This document shows positions 9,525 through 20,591 of a stretch of 64,000 nucleotides of DNA, piece after piece (position 1 is the stretch's first letter; every line of letters starts with the position of its first letter). Below the pieces are notes generated by a model that did no database searches, was not told where the DNA came from, and saw nothing but the letters and a program-made list of their open reading frames with translations. The stretch is from an uncultured Solirubrobacteraceae bacterium. Lineage in GTDB: Bacteria; Actinomycetota; Thermoleophilia; Solirubrobacterales; Solirubrobacteraceae. Made by a program: the position numbers and the translations under genes. The DNA is taken from contig CAVZWQ010000003.1 of NCBI GenBank assembly GCA_963779065.1, positions 1,675,502 to 1,739,501 of the forward strand. The letters are read 5' to 3'.

Positions 9525-10817
9525 TCAGCCGAGCGTGACTTCCGTCCCCGAGAAGACGCCCTTCTTCACAGGCTTGGCCGGTTTGCCCGACTGCGGGACG
9601 CCGCAGGTGGGGCCGCCCGTGAAGCTCTCGAGCAGTTCACCGCCCGTGAACGCCTGCGGGGCGCTGAACGGGCCTGATTCCAGCGCGCCGGTGAGCGACG
9701 CGCCTGAGGCTTCGGTGATCGGCACGACGAGCGTGCCGTGCGAGGTCCCGAGTTCGTGCGGCGCCCACTTGACGCTCACCGAGACCGATTCGGTGGTCGG
9801 TTCGGCTGAGAAGCTCTGCAGCAGCGAGCAGGTGACTTCTTCGGTCGTCTTCAGATGGGCGACGTAGGTCGCCGATTCGGCGCCCGCGGTTCCGCCGCAT
9901 TCGCCGAGTGTGCCCTTGATCGTGATGGTCTGGACGTGCGGCGTTTCAGTCAGCCCGGGCGAGAGCTTGATCGTGCCGGTGTTCTTTTCGCAGGAGGCGG
10001 CGTGCTGGGCGCCGCCACCGCCTTTTTCGGCTTCGCCGTCGGAGTTGGGGCTCTTGATTTCGACCGCTTCGCTGGATTCGCTGGTGCCTTCGGCATCGGT
10101 GCTCGTGACGGTGACGACGTAGGTCGTGTTCGGTTCAACCGGGCCGAGGGCCGCACTCGTCCAAGAGCCGCTGGTGGTGGCGGTGAGCACCGGGGGACCG
10201 GCGGGGACCGGCGTCGCGGTCACCGTCGAGGACGTCACGAGGCCGGCCGTTTCCGGCGCCAGGGAGAACCCGACGGACATCCTCAGGTATTCGGTCGAGC
10301 CAGATTCGTAGAGCCCGACCGACGCCGTGACGTTGGTCGGCGCCCCGGGGCGCTGCACAGGCGGTTCGCCGGTTTCGAGGTAGGCGGCGGTGCCGACGTT
10401 GTAGATGCGGTCGCCGTGCGTGTCTTCGGCCGAGAATTCCGGTCCCCCGCCGCCCGGGCCTTCCAGGCGCGCGAAGGAGCGCGTCTGACCGAGCCAGTTC
10501 CAGACCACGCTCGCCGCGGCTGTGTACGTCGTCGTTTTGTAGCCGCCGCCCCGCCCGCTGCCTCCACACCGCGTCGAGAGGTAGGCGTCCCCTTCGGGAT
10601 ATCCGCCCGGAGCGGGGCCGAAGCCCGTCACGTAGACCTGCTCCTGGATGCCGCCGCATGAGTGCCCCAGCAGGGAGAACGCCGAGCCCTGGTCGAGCAC
10701 GAGCCTGATCGGCGTCGACGCACTGGCGGCGGGCACGGCGATCAGGCAAATCACGGCGGCGGCGATCAGGCCGGCGGCGGCGCGGCGGGTTCTCATGGCG
10801 GCTCCCTTTTTGTCCAT
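9525..10817 (-). CDS. Secreted hypothetical protein with a central fibronectin type III-like domain
   Basis: Signal peptide (MRTRR...PAASA, alternative start 10796); PGAPTNVTA...PNTTYVVTVT...GTS FN3 pattern; Cys-containing flanking domains. Confidence 0.75.
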   Translation of the reverse strand: MDKKGAAMRTRRAAAGLIAAAVICLIAVPAASASTPIRLVLDQGSAFSLLGHSCGGIQEQVYVTGFGPAPGGYPEGDAYLSTRCGGSGRGGGYKTTTYTAAASVVWNWLGQTRSFARLEGPGGGGPEFSAEDTHGDRIYNVGTAAYLETGEPPVQRPGAPTNVTASVGLYESGSTEYLRMSVGFSLAPETAGLVTSSTVTATPVPAGPPVLTATTSGSWTSAALGPVEPNTTYVVTVTSTDAEGTSESSEAVEIKSPNSDGEAEKGGGGAQHAASCEKNTGTIKLSPGLTETPHVQTITIKGTLGECGGTAGAESATYVAHLKTTEEVTCSLLQSFSAEPTTESVSVSVKWAPHELGTSHGTLVVPITEASGASLTGALESGPFSAPQAFTGGELLESFTGGPTCGVPQSGKPAKPVKKGVFSGTEVTLG

Positions 10818-10885
10818 GGCTCTCTCGCGGAGCGGCGCCCCGGCGCCGCCCCCTCTGCCTATTAGACATCGTCGAGAGCGTCAGC

Positions 10886-11254
10886 TCACGCTCCGGCAAA
10901 CGAATTCTCACGGAAGGGCAGCTCCGACAGCCCGGCCCCGCGGAAGGCCCGGGCGACGTGCGGGCGCGCGCCCACGAGCTCCACGGCGACCCCGCGCCGG
11001 CCGCAGAGGCGGCAGCGCATCGCGATCACGCCGACCCCGGTGCGGTCGATCGCCTCGAGCCCGGTCAGGTCGAGGACGAGCCGGTTCACGCCGGCGGCGC
11101 AGAGCTCCTCGATCGCGGCTTCGAGCGCGACGGCGCTGTCGTGCCCCAGCTCGCCGCTCACCACGAGCCGGTGGATGCGAAACGGCTGGGCATGCGGGAG
11201 CGTGCGGCGCGCCACATGGCTGCGGCCGCGGCGAGACCACTCTCGCTGGTTCAT
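10886..11254 (-). CDS. STAS domain protein (anti-sigma-factor antagonist-like)
   Basis: VSGEL...LVLDLTGLEAIDRTGV...VARAF...GL; AAGGAG RBS. Confidence 0.8.
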   Translation of the reverse strand: MNQREWSRRGRSHVARRTLPHAQPFRIHRLVVSGELGHDSAVALEAAIEELCAAGVNRLVLDLTGLEAIDRTGVGVIAMRCRLCGRRGVAVELVGARPHVARAFRGAGLSELPFRENSFAGA

Positions 11255-11335
11255 CTGGCTTCTCCTTTTCGAGTCGTGGCGATCACGAGCCGCCCGGCTG
11301 GGCCGGGGACGGCTCGGCGGGCGACGAGCTCGGAG

Positions 11336-12220
11336 CTAGCCCGGTCTGTCGAGGATCAGCAGGAGGCGGAGGTCAAGGACCGCGCCGGCGGGAGGACGCA
11401 GGCGCCGCGCGAAGCTCGCGAGCCACGCCAGCAGCGCCAGTACGAGGATCATCGCGAGCCCGGCACTGCTGCCGGAGCCCGCGACGGCCTGAGCCGGGGC
11501 GCTGCCCGGCCCCGGCAGCGGAGCGTGCGGGTGGGCGCCGCCGCGGCTCGCGGGCCCGGCCGCCGGCCCGCGCTTCTGCGGCGGCGTGTGCGAGCGGCGC
11601 GGCGAGCAGCGGGACGGACAGCAGGGCGAGCTTGCGCGGCTCGGGCGCGGCGGCATCTGCCCCGACGGCGTCGGCGGCTCGTGGAGACCGGCGCGCCGTT
11701 GCGGGCGGCCGGCTTCCTGGCCGCGCTCGCGCGCGCCGGAGCGCTCGACGGAGGCCGGCATCGGCGCGAGCGCGGCCGGCCCCGGTCCCGAGCGCGCCGG
11801 CGGCCGTTGCGCAGGCACCGGAGCCTGCGACGAGGCGGGGCCCACGTGCGGGGAAGGCGAGGGCGCCACCGTGCGCGCCACGTTCCGCAGCACCAGGGGC
11901 GCCGGAGCGGGCTGCGGCAGCGTGTGGACGACCGCGTAGGCAGCGGCTCCGGCGTTCTCGGCCGCACCGGCGAGAACGGCTGCCTGCCCGCTCGCGTCCT
12001 GACCGGCGGCGCTCACGGCGGGCGCCACCGCCACGGGTACCGGCAGGGCTCCCGCGGCCTGCGCCGGGATCGCACCGGCCTGCGCGACCGTCCGCTGCGC
12101 CGCCGTGCTCGCCGCGTGCAGAAGACCCTGCGAGGAGTCCGCACGGGCCGCGCCGGCGAGGAGGAGGCTGGAGAGGAGAGCGGCCGCGAGCAAGCGGCCC
12201 GCGGTGCGAGCTAGCGCCAC
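11336..12220 (-). CDS. Secreted Pro/Ala-rich protein with a C-terminal TM helix and terminal LDRPG
   Basis: GGAGG RBS and GTG at 12220; signal peptide LLAAALLSSLLLAGAARA; low-complexity body; GLAMILVLALLAWLASFARRLR...LDRPG-stop. Confidence 0.6.
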   Translation of the reverse strand: MALARTAGRLLAAALLSSLLLAGAARADSSQGLLHAASTAAQRTVAQAGAIPAQAAGALPVPVAVAPAVSAAGQDASGQAAVLAGAAENAGAAAYAVVHTLPQPAPAPLVLRNVARTVAPSPSPHVGPASSQAPVPAQRPPARSGPGPAALAPMPASVERSGARERGQEAGRPQRRAGLHEPPTPSGQMPPRPSRASSPCCPSRCSPRRSHTPPQKRGPAAGPASRGGAHPHAPLPGPGSAPAQAVAGSGSSAGLAMILVLALLAWLASFARRLRPPAGAVLDLRLLLILDRPG

Positions 12221-12415
12221 GGCAGCCTCCAGCGGTCCCTGCGCCGGCGAAGGTGGCCGAGCGCGCGGCCGCGGCGGCCTGCGACGGTGTTCTGCGCAGG
12301 ATTGGCCATCCTTGAGCAGGTTTACCCGGATCTGGCGCCGGGTCACTGCAAAGGCGCCAACCCGTGGGTCAGCGCACGGACCCGCATCGCGCGCTTAGGG
12401 TTCGCCGCGAACGCG

Positions 12416-13190
12416 ATGCGGATCGCAACCTGGAACGTCAACTCGCTGCTCGCGCGCCTGCCGCGCGTGGTCGAGTGGCTGGCCGCCGTGCAGCCCGACG
12501 TCGTCTGCCTGCAGGAGACCAAGACCGGCGCCTCCACGTTCCCCACCGCCGAGCTGGAACGCGCCGGCTACGAGTCGGTCGCCGACGGGGACGGCGCCTA
12601 CAACGGCGTCGCGATCCTCTCGCGCGTCGGTATCGAGGACGTGACGCCGCGGGTTCCCCGGCGAGCCCGGGTTCCCCGATCCCGAGCGCCGGTCGATCGC
12701 GGCGAGCTGCGGCGGCGTGCGGGTCTGGTCGGTGTATGTCCCCAACGGCCGCACGGTCGCGGATCCCCACTACGCCTTCAAGCTCGAGTGGCTGCGGGCT
12801 CTGGCTGGCGCCGTCGAGGCCGAGCTCGACGGCGGGCCGCCGCTCGCCATCTGCGGCGACTTCAACGTGGCTCCCACCGACGCCGACGTGTGGGACCCAT
12901 CGGCCTTCACCGGCTCGACGCACGTGACGGCGCCGGAGCGCGAAGCGATCGCGGCGCTGCTCGCCCTCGGCCTGACCGACGTGATGCCGCGCGCGCTCAA
13001 GGGAGCCCCCTTCACCTACTGGGACTACCGCGCGGGCATGTTCCACAAAGGCGAAGGCATGCGGATCGACCTCGTGCTGCTCGACGGCCGGCTCGCGGCG
13101 GGGGTCGAGGACGCCTACATCGACCGCGACGCGCGCAAGGGCACGAAGCCCTCGGACCACGCGCCGGTCGTCGTCGACGTGCGCGTCTAG
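12416..13190 (+). CDS. xth: Exodeoxyribonuclease III, frameshift near 12650
   Basis: MRIATWNVNS, CLQETK, YNGVAI, SVYVPNG, GDFN, TYWDYR, RID, PSDHAP. Confidence 0.95.
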
Positions 13191-14587
13191 GCGCGGCTCG
13201 CCGCGGCGCGCGCAGCGCGCGGCTTTGCGAGCGGCCTGCCGCGGGCCTGGCGGCGCACCCGCGCGCTGCCGGAGCGCCCGAGCTTCGCGATCTCGGAGAG
13301 GGGCGCCGGGCGGCCGAGGTAGAAGCCCTGCGCGTGGAGCACCCCGAGCTGCTCGAGCGCGCGCCAGTTCGGCGGCGGTCTCGACGCCCTCGGCGACGAT
13401 CGTCGCGCCGGATTCCTCCGCGAAGCGCATCAGCGAGGCGGCCAGGGAGCGCTTCGTCGGGATCGGTGTCGAGCCCGTGGATCAGCTGGCGGTCGAGCTT
13501 GATGAAGTCGGGGGCGAGACGCAGGATGTGCATGAGGCTGGCGAAGCCGGCGCCTGCGTCGTCGATCGCCAGGCGCACGCCCGCCGTGCGCAGGCCCGTC
13601 GAGCGACGCGGCCAGCGACGGGTAGTCCTCGACGGCCGCGTGCTCGGTGAGCTCCACGACGATGCGCGACGCCTCGACGCCCTCGAGCAGCGCGCCGACG
13701 TCCGTGCCCGCAAGCGCGTCGGGCCCCGCGTTGACGCGTCAGCACCACGTTCGGCGGCAGCTGCGCGAGCTCGGCCACCGCCGCGCGCAGCAGCGCCGCC
13801 TCGAGCTCCACGCCGAGCCCGGACGGCATGCGCTTCGGCGAGCCACACGTCAGGCGCGCGGTAGGGCTCGTCCGCGAAGCGGGCCAGCGCCTCGACCGCG
13901 AAGATCGTGCCGTCGCGCAGGTCGAAGATCGGCTGGAACGCGATCTGGTAGCGGCGCTCGGCCAGGACCTTCTCGATGCGCTCGCAGGCGGCCACGCGCT
14001 CGAGCCCGCGGGGATCGAGGACGCTCGCGACGAACTTGTTGGTCCGCTCCGCCTCCTCGCCCGGCGCCAGCTCGCGCGGCTGGCGGGAGCAGAGCCTCGC
14101 GGTGATCTCCATCAGGTCGGTGGCGGCGCCGATCGCGGTGCTGATGAACTCGGCGAGCCCGGACAGGAGGCCGAGGTCGGCCGAGTTGAAGGCATGCGGG
14201 CGCTGGGAGCAGACCGCCAGCATGCCGACCGACTTCTCGCCGCGGCCGAGCGGCACGCAGACTGCGGAGCCCACGCTCCACGCGCGCGTGGTCTGTTTGT
14301 GGACCCGCCCGTCGGCCTCGGTGTCGTCGGTCACCTGCGTGCGACCGGTGCGGATCGTCTCGCCGCAAAGGCTGCCGTCCATCGGGAGCGCGTTGCCGAC
14401 CTGCGGCGCGAGATGCCCCGATCCGCTGACGAAGCGGAGCTGGTGCTCGTCGATCTGCAGACCCACGATCGCGCCGTCGGCGACGTCGACCATCGCGACG
14501 AGCTGGTCGCCCACCCGCTGCATCAACTGCAGCGGGATCGATGGTCTGGCGAATCAGCTCGTCCAGATCCTGCGGCTCACCGGCCAT
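13187..14587 (-). CDS. GAF + EAL domain c-di-GMP phosphodiesterase, frameshifted
   Basis: GAF region (SAVCVPL...GML); FQPI, VEALARF, ELTEH, IDDAGAGFASL, PDFIKLD, VAEGVET, QGFYL. The start is approximate (14587 or 14608). Confidence 0.88.
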
Positions 14588-14791
14588 GGGCGAGTAATCG
14601 ACCGGCATTTCGATTTCGTTGAGGTCCGCCTTCGGACCATTCGGCGGCCTTGACAGCGGCGCCTAGTCCATCTGTGCGAGCCCGGAGGCCCGACGGAAGG
14701 ACGAGCGCGGCGCCCATCGCTAATCGGGGTGAGAAATCCGACCGACACGTCCGGAGACAGACAGCCCCCCAGAAGTCCATCCCCCCATCAG

Positions 14792-17700
14792 ATGTTCGTC
14801 CACCACAACGCGAAGGCGCGACGGCTGGGTCGCACGGCGGCCCGCCTCACAGCCGCGGCCGCCCTGGCTCTGGCGCTCCTCGGAGCCGGCGGCGCGGCCC
14901 CGGCTCCCGCGGCGCTCATCACGAGCTTCAGCGCCGGCGTCCTGAACGACGAAAACGTCGCCAACCCGCAGAGCGCCGACTACTTCACGCAGGCGGGCGG
15001 TCACCCGGACGTCGCCTTCACGAAGTTCACGCTGAACACCTCCGACAGCCCGGCCGAATTCGTGCGCGTCGACCTGCCCGCGGGCCTGGCCGTCAACCCG
15101 CAGGCGACGCCGCGCTGCTCGTCGGCCACGGTCACCAGCTGCCCCGCCAACACGCAGGTCGGGACCACCAAGGTGACGATCGCGAACATCCCGCTGATCG
15201 GCAAAGAAACGGTCACCGGCAAGGTCTTCAACATGACCCCGGAAGCAGGCCACCCCTCCGACTTCGCCTTCGAAGTGACGGTGGGCCTGCTGTTCACCGT
15301 CCGCACCGACCTCGTGGGCGGCGTCCGCTACTACCCCTCCGGAGGCCGGCCCGGGGACTTCGGCAACTACTTCACGATCAGCGGCATCAGCAACCTGCTC
15401 GGGACCCAGCTCGAAAAATCGGAACTCGTCTTCTGGGGCGCGCCCGCCGAGCACAACGGCGGGGGCGGGACCGACAACGCGTTCATCTCGAACCCGTCGA
15501 CGTGCAACGGGCCCGAAACGACCTACATGTTCGCGTCGACCTACTCGCCGGTCGCGAGCGAAGGCACCTCCTACACGACCCCGGTCGGCGCGACGGGCTG
15601 CGACAAAGAGCCGTTCGCGCCGACGATCGCGGTGACGCCGAGCACGACCCAGCGCGACAAGCCCGACGGGCTCGCGGTCGACCTGCACGTCCCCCAGGAC
15701 CAGACCCCGTCTCACATCGCCACCTCGCAGGTCGAGAGCGCGACCGTCACGCTGCCCGAAGGGCTGACGCTGAACCCGGCGGCGGCCAACGGGCTGCAGG
15801 CCTGCGCCAACGCCCAGTTCAAGGCCGGGACCAACGAAGCCCTGGCGTGCCCCGCGGCCTCGCAGGCGGGCACGGCGGAAATCACGACGCCCGGTGCTCG
15901 GCTCGGCCCTCACGGGCAACCTCTACGTCGGCCAGCCGCTCTCGGGCGAACCGGCTCGGGCCAGGAGTACCGGCTCTTCCTCGACGCCGAGAACGCGACC
16001 GCGGGCGTGAAGGTGCGCCTCGTCGGCACCGTCAAAGCCGACCCGGCGACCGGCCGGCTCACCGCGAGCTTCGCCGAAACGCCGCAGGTGCCGTTCACCG
16101 ACATGAAGCTGACGTTCAAAACCGGCGCCGCCGCGCTGTTCGCGAACCCGCTCGCGTGCGGCAGCGCCGCGACGACGACCGCGCTCGCGCCCTGGTCCGG
16201 GCAGTCCGACGCGGCCCCGGGCAGCTCGCTTCACCGTCGACCAGAACGGGGCGGGCGGCGCCTGTCCGGGCACCGCGCCGTTCGCGCCCGCCGCCGGCGT
16301 CACGCCGTCGGCGACCGTCGCGGGCGGCACGACCAACCTGGCGCTCGAAGTCGTCCCGCGCCGACGGCGAACAGCTGCTCGGCGCCCTGAACACCGCGCT
16401 CCCGGCCGGGATGCTCGCGAACCTGAACGGCGTCGCCCTCTGCGGCGAACCCGCCGCCGCACAGGGCAAATGCGGCGCCGAAAGCCAGATCGGCACCGTC
16501 ACGGTCGCGGCCGGGGCCGGCTCCGCGCCGCTCACGCTCAAAGGCACCGTCGCGCTCACGGGGCCCTATGAAGGCGACCCGTTCGGGCTGTCGATCGCCG
16601 TGCCCGCCGAAAGCGTCGGCCCATACGACTACGGCACGATCGTGGTGCGCGCCGGGGTGGCGGTCGACACCGTGCACGGGCGCGTCTCGATCGCGGCGCC
16701 CTCGCTCCCGAGCATCGTCGGCGGCGTGCCGCTGCGCCTGAGGACGATCGCCGTCGCGATCGACCGCGCGGGCTTCATCGTCAACCCGACCGACTGCAGC
16801 GCGAGCGAATTCAGCGGCTCGCTCACCTCGACGGCCGCCGCCGTGCACCCCTTCTCCACTCCCGTGCAGATGACGGGCTGCGGCTCGCTGACGTTCTCGC
16901 CCTCGCTCTCGGTCACGCCCTCGACGACGGAGCGCGACACGCCGACCGGCCTCACCGTGGACCTCCACCTCCCCTCGGGGAGCTCCGATCTCGCATCGGC
17001 CGTCGCCCAGCTCCCCGCGGGCCTGACGCTGAACCCGGCCGTCGCGAGCGGCCTGCGAAGCGTGCACCGACCTCCAGCTCGCGGCCGGCAGCGAGAACCC
17101 CGTCGCCTGTCCCGCGGCGTCGGCTGTCGGCACGGTTGAAATCGCGACGCCGCTGCTGCCGAGCCCGCTGACGGGCTCGCTCTACGTCGGCCAGCCGCTC
17201 TCCGGCGAACCGGGGTCCGGCCAGGAGTACCGGCTGTTCATCGACGCCGAGAACGCCGCCTACGGGCTGTCGGTGCGGCTCGTCGGCCACGTCGCGGCCG
17301 ACCCGGCGACCGGACGGCTGACCGTCACCTTCCCGGAAACGCCGCCGATCCCGTTCACCGACCTGAAGCTGAACCTCGCGGCGGGCCCGCGGGCGGTCCT
17401 CGCCAACCCGCCGGAATGCGGCGCGGCGAGCTTCGCGAGCACGCTGACCCCGGTGAGCGGCTCGGTCGCGGCCCCGGGGGCGGGCTACACGGTCGACGGC
17501 AACGGCGCGGGCGCCGCCTGCCCGTCGCCGCTGCCCTTCGGCCCCGCCCAGAGCGCGGCGTCGGCGCCCTCCACCGGCGGCGCGGGCGCCGCCTTCACGA
17601 TCAGCCTCGGCCGCCCCGACGGCGAGCAGTTCCTCTCCGGCGTCACGACCGCAGCTGCCGCCGGGCCTGGTCGGGCGCATCGCCGCGGTTGCCGAGTGCC

Positions 17701-19190
17701 CGGAACCGGCCGCCGCGAGCGGCGCGTGCCCCCCGTCGAGCCGGATCGGCTCCGCGACGGTCGCGGTGGGCGCCGGACCCGAACCGCTGCAGCTCCCGGG
17801 CTCGGTCTATCCTCACCGGTCCCTACGCGGGCTCGCCGTTCGGCCTCGTCGTGGCGGTCCCGGCCGAAAGCGTCGGGCCGTTCGACTACGGCACCGTCGT
17901 CGACGCGCGCACGGATCGACGTGGACGAACACACCGCGCGCGTGACCGTCACGAGCGACCCGCTTCCGACGCATCGTCGGCGGCGCGCCGCTGCGGCTGC
18001 AGGCGCTGACGATCGCGACCAGCCCGTCCTTCACCGTCAACCCGACGAGCTGCGCGGCGAGCGCCACACAGAGCCGGCTCGTCTCCTCGGGCGGGGCGGC
18101 GAGCGAAGCCGCGACGCCCTTCCAGGCGACCGGCTGCGCCGGGCTTGCGTTCGGTCCTTCGTTCGCCGCCACGACGAGCTCCGCCGCCAGCCGCGCCGAA
18201 GGCGCGCCACTGCGGGTGGAACTGGCCTATCCGGGCGCAGGGCAGGCGAACCTCGCCTCCGTCTCCGCGACGCTGCCCTCGCAGCTGCCGGTGCGCCAGA
18301 CCACGCTCAAAATGGCCTGCCCCGAAGCGACGTTCGCGGCCTCACCGGCCGCCTGCCCGGCCGCCTCGCGCGTCGGGAGCGCCAGCGCGGCCACGCCGCT
18401 GCTGCCGGTGGCGCTGGAAGGCCCCGCCTACCTCGTCTCGCACGCGGGGGCCTCGTTCCCCGACCTCGACCTGGTCCTCCAGGGCGACGGCGTGAAACTC
18501 GCGCTGCGCGGCGAAACCGACATCAAATCGTCGGTCATCACGACGACGTTCGCGGGCCTGCCCGACGTGCCGCTGTCGCGCTTCGTGCTCTCGCTGCCGA
18601 TGGGCCCGTACTCGGCGCTCGGAACCGTCGGCGAACCATGCGGGGAACAGCTCACGATGTCGACCACGCTCGTCGCTCAGAACGGCGCACGGCTTGCGCA
18701 GCAGACACACGTGACGGTCAGCGGCTGCGCCGGCGGGCGGGCGCGGGCACAGCGCGGCTCGCGCAGCCTGCGGATCGCACCCTCGCGCTTCAGCGCGGCG
18801 CCTCACGGGGCGAGCACCCTGCCCAAGGCGCCGCGCGCCAGGCACGGGCGGCATCGCAAGCCCGCCCCGGGCGCCAAGATCTCCTACACCGACTCCGCCG
18901 CGGGGACCGTGACGTTCACGGTGCTGGCGCCGGCGCGCGGGGAACGCCGCGGCAAGTCGTGTGTCGCCCGCAGCAAGCGGCGCCACAAGCACGGCCGCGC
19001 CTGCACGCGCCACAGCTCGCTCGGGAGCTTCAAGCACGCCGACCGCGCCGGGGCCGACTCGTTCTGGTTCACCGGTCGCGTCCACGGCCGCAGGCTCCGC
19101 GCCGGGAGCTATGAGCTCGAAGCGCGCGCCGCGTATCCCGGCGGCGGCCGCAGCGCGCCTGTCACGGCGCGCTTCAGCGTCAGGGGTTGA
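14792..19190 (+). CDS. Large secreted multi-repeat protein (~1,460 aa), frameshifted
   Basis: Signal peptide; six ~200-aa modules each with LP.G....N...C, CP..S..G and NP..C; basic beta-rich C-terminal domain. Confidence 0.8.
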
Positions 19191-20413
19191 GCCGGACCGG
19201 CAGCGACTTCAGCTGGTTGACGAAGAGCGATTCCGCTGCGCGAGGCTCCCCGTCGAGCTCGATCCGCGGGTAGCGCTTCAACGTCTCCTCGATCAGGACC
19301 CGGAGCTCGAGGCGGGCCAGCGCGGTGCCCAGGCAGAAGTGCCTGCCGCCGGCGCCGAAGGCCTGGTGCTCGGGTTTCCTCGCGATGTCGAAGGTGTCGG
19401 CGTCCTCGTATCTGCTCTCGTCGCGGTTCGAGGAGACGTACCACATCACCACCTTCTCGCCCGCCTTGATCTTCTGGCCGTGGAGCTCGGTGTCGCGGGT
19501 GGCGGTGCGGCGGAAGTGCGCGAACGCGGGGAACATCCGCAGCGCCTCCTCGACCGCATCCGGCACGAGCGCCGGGTCGTCGACGAGCATCTGCTTCTGG
19601 CCGGGCGCTTCCATCAGCGCGCGCATCGCGCTGCAGTAGGTCGCCTTCGTCGAGTCGTTACCGGCGGCGACGAGCAGGAAGAAGCCCATCACGATCTCGT
19701 GCTCCTCGAGTTTCTCGCCGTCGATCTCGGCGTTGATCAGCACGCTCGTGAGGTCGTCGGTCGGGTTCTCCCGCCGCTGGGCGATGAGCTCGCGGCAGCG
19801 CTCGAAGATCTCGGGGATGTCTTTGTGGATCGCGCCTTCGACGCCGTCCGGGTTGATGTCGGGGTCGCCGGCGGCGAGCACCGAGTTCATCAGCCGCGCC
19901 CAGGTGGCGTCGTCCTCCTCGGGGACGCCCATGAAGCTGTGGATCACACGCGAGACGACCGGCTGCGCCACGTCCTCGACCAGGTCGCACGTCTCGCGTC
20001 CCTCCAGCCGGTCGAGCACGCGGACCGCGATCTCCCGGATCGCGCTCCTCGTGGTCGGCGATCCGCTTCGGCGTGAAGCCGCGCTGGAACAGCGCCTTGA
20101 CGCGGTCGTGCTTCGGCGGGTCCATGCCGATGAACATCGCCCGCGAGAGCTCGAGCGGGAAGTCGCCGCGGGCCGCGAGCACGCCGCCCAGTTCCGAGGA
20201 GTAGGTCTCCCAGTCGCGGCTGACGGTGTGGATGTCATCCGCGGTCGTGACCGACCAGAAACCGTCCTCCTCCGGGAATTCTTCGAACTTGTCGGTCCAG
20301 TGGATGGGGCACTTCGCCCGCATCTCCTTGAACAGCTCGTAAGGCGGGCCGTCAACCCAAAGCTCTGCCTCGGTCAGTTCGACGCTCTCGATGTCACGCC
20401 CGACTGTTGCCAT
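19180..20413 (-). CDS. Cytochrome P450, paralog of 5364-6608, frameshift near 20040
   Basis: MDPPKH, AGNDST, EEALR, FGAGGRHFCLG. Confidence 0.95.
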
Positions 20414-20591
20414 CTGGACCTCCGCGGTTCCCCGGCGCTGGCTGGTTGCGCGGATGATACTGGCTGGCTGGCCAGTTTTGTGTGAGCGACGTCACCGCGG
20501 GGGATACCGCGCGCGCCGGCCGAGCTAGTCTGTCCGCCGAGGGCGCCCTCGCCCCAGACCGGGCGCCGCGTCGAGCGAGAGGGAGCGGCGG

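Noticed and set aside
14590-14790. Possible riboswitch (c-di-GMP or c-di-AMP) between the EAL gene and the giant secreted gene
   Set aside because: I could not match the consensus elements by eye. An Infernal/Rfam scan would be needed.
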